A DNA stretch of 60,405 nucleotides, filler included, from Candidatus Omnitrophota bacterium (lineage in GTDB: Bacteria > Omnitrophota > Gorgyraeia > JAGLLT01), in assembly GCA_023140385.1 (NCBI GenBank). It is 4 parts of 4 records of this genome, joined end to end, with 100 filler letters (N's around TTAATTAATTAA, not from the genome) between each part and the next. Parts side by side here need not be neighbours in the genome. Positions count along the whole stretch, not along the records: positions 52,179 to 60,405 come from JAGLLT010000035.1; 3 more parts are not named here. One strand, written 5' to 3'. The notes beneath the pieces are model-generated. The model saw only the letters and a program-made list of their open reading frames with translations, was not told where the DNA came from and searched no databases. Positions 59,869 to 60,405 of the stretch are shown piece after piece. Both the position numbers and the translations under genes were made by a program. Position 1 is the stretch's first letter; the number at the start of each line of letters is the position of its first letter.

Positions 59869-60246
59869 ATGAAGATTTGTATTAGCGCGCAGGGGGATAA
59901 TCTGGATTGCCAGGTTGATCCTAGATTCGGCAGATGCCGGTACTTTATTTTTGTAGATACTGATAACATGGAGTTTGAAGCGGTAGATAACTCTAATGCT
60001 GCCTCCGCGGGAGGGGCTGGTATCAGGTCAGCTCAATTGGTGGCTGATAAAGGTGTTCAGGCTCTTTTGTCGGGTAATGTTGGCCCCAACGCCTTTCAGG
60101 CATTGCAGGCGGCCGGGATTAAGGTTGTTGCAGGTGTATCTGGAACGGTTAGGGAAGCGGCGGAAAAGTTTAAAACGGGCGAGTATAAAGAGACAACAGA
60201 TCCCAGCGTGGGTGAAAAATTTGGTATGGGAGGAAGGCCTGAATAA
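59869..60246 (+). CDS. NifB/NifX-family (MTH1175-like) protein
   Basis: VDPRFGRCRYF, GGAGIRSAQ, GNVGPNAF. Confidence 0.9.
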   Translation: MKICISAQGDNLDCQVDPRFGRCRYFIFVDTDNMEFEAVDNSNAASAGGAGIRSAQLVADKGVQALLSGNVGPNAFQALQAAGIKVVAGVSGTVREAAEKFKTGEYKETTDPSVGEKFGMGGRPE

Positions 60247-60263
60247 AAAGGGAGGCGATTTAA

Positions 60264-60405
60264 ATGCCATTTGGAGACGGTACGGGGCCAGGAGGTCAGG
60301 GAGCGGGTACGGGAAGAGGAGCGGGCAGAGGTGGCGGCAGGGGCCGTATGGGTGGTAACAAACCCGGCGCGGGGCCGGGCGGAGATTGTATTTGCCCAAA
60401 TCCTA
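60264..60405 (+). CDS. DUF5320-like Gly-rich protein, truncated by the window end
   Basis: GGGAGG RBS; MPFGDGTGPGGQGAGTGRGAGRGGGRGRMGG..GPGGDCICPN. Confidence 0.75.
   Translation, partial: MPFGDGTGPGGQGAGTGRGAGRGGGRGRMGGNKPGAGPGGDCICPNP

Noticed and set aside
59192..60246. Nitrogen fixation inferred from NifB/NifX-family genes
   Set aside because: These are stand-alone MTH1175-like domains common in non-diazotrophs; no nifHDK in the window.

Overview
Bacterial draft-genome scaffold, probably an anaerobe; a PVC/Omnitrophota-like origin is only my impression from gene content. It has four contigs joined by three artificial 100-nt spacers (N44-TTAATTAATTAA-N44). Most content is housekeeping: ispH and polyprenyl synthase, dprA-comM(yifB)-yraN, a two-gene SufC/SufB (SMS-like) Fe-S system, glycolysis genes, rlmN, a stand-alone fusA, gcvT-H-PA-PB, pckG, purC, trkAH and a Fur/DUF5320/NifX-family operon. 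Accessory regions are an AT-rich glycosyltransferase island (7.7-16.4 kb) with a PRTase-HAD fusion, a higBA plus ZIP segment with a degenerate attC-like site, and a surface-protein contig (GH2, TPR protein, large GspK/PilX-like protein, PEP-CTERM protein). The most unusual signal is non-coding. (i) A Y1/RAYT-type HUH transposase gene is bounded by perfect 23-bp inverted repeats, both translated as protein C-termini. (ii) A four-copy covarying hairpin ends in a ribosome-binding site and brackets the glycan island. (iii) Small palindromic units of 17-39 nt are nested inside each other and inside larger modular repeats. No rRNA, tRNA or CRISPR array was seen.
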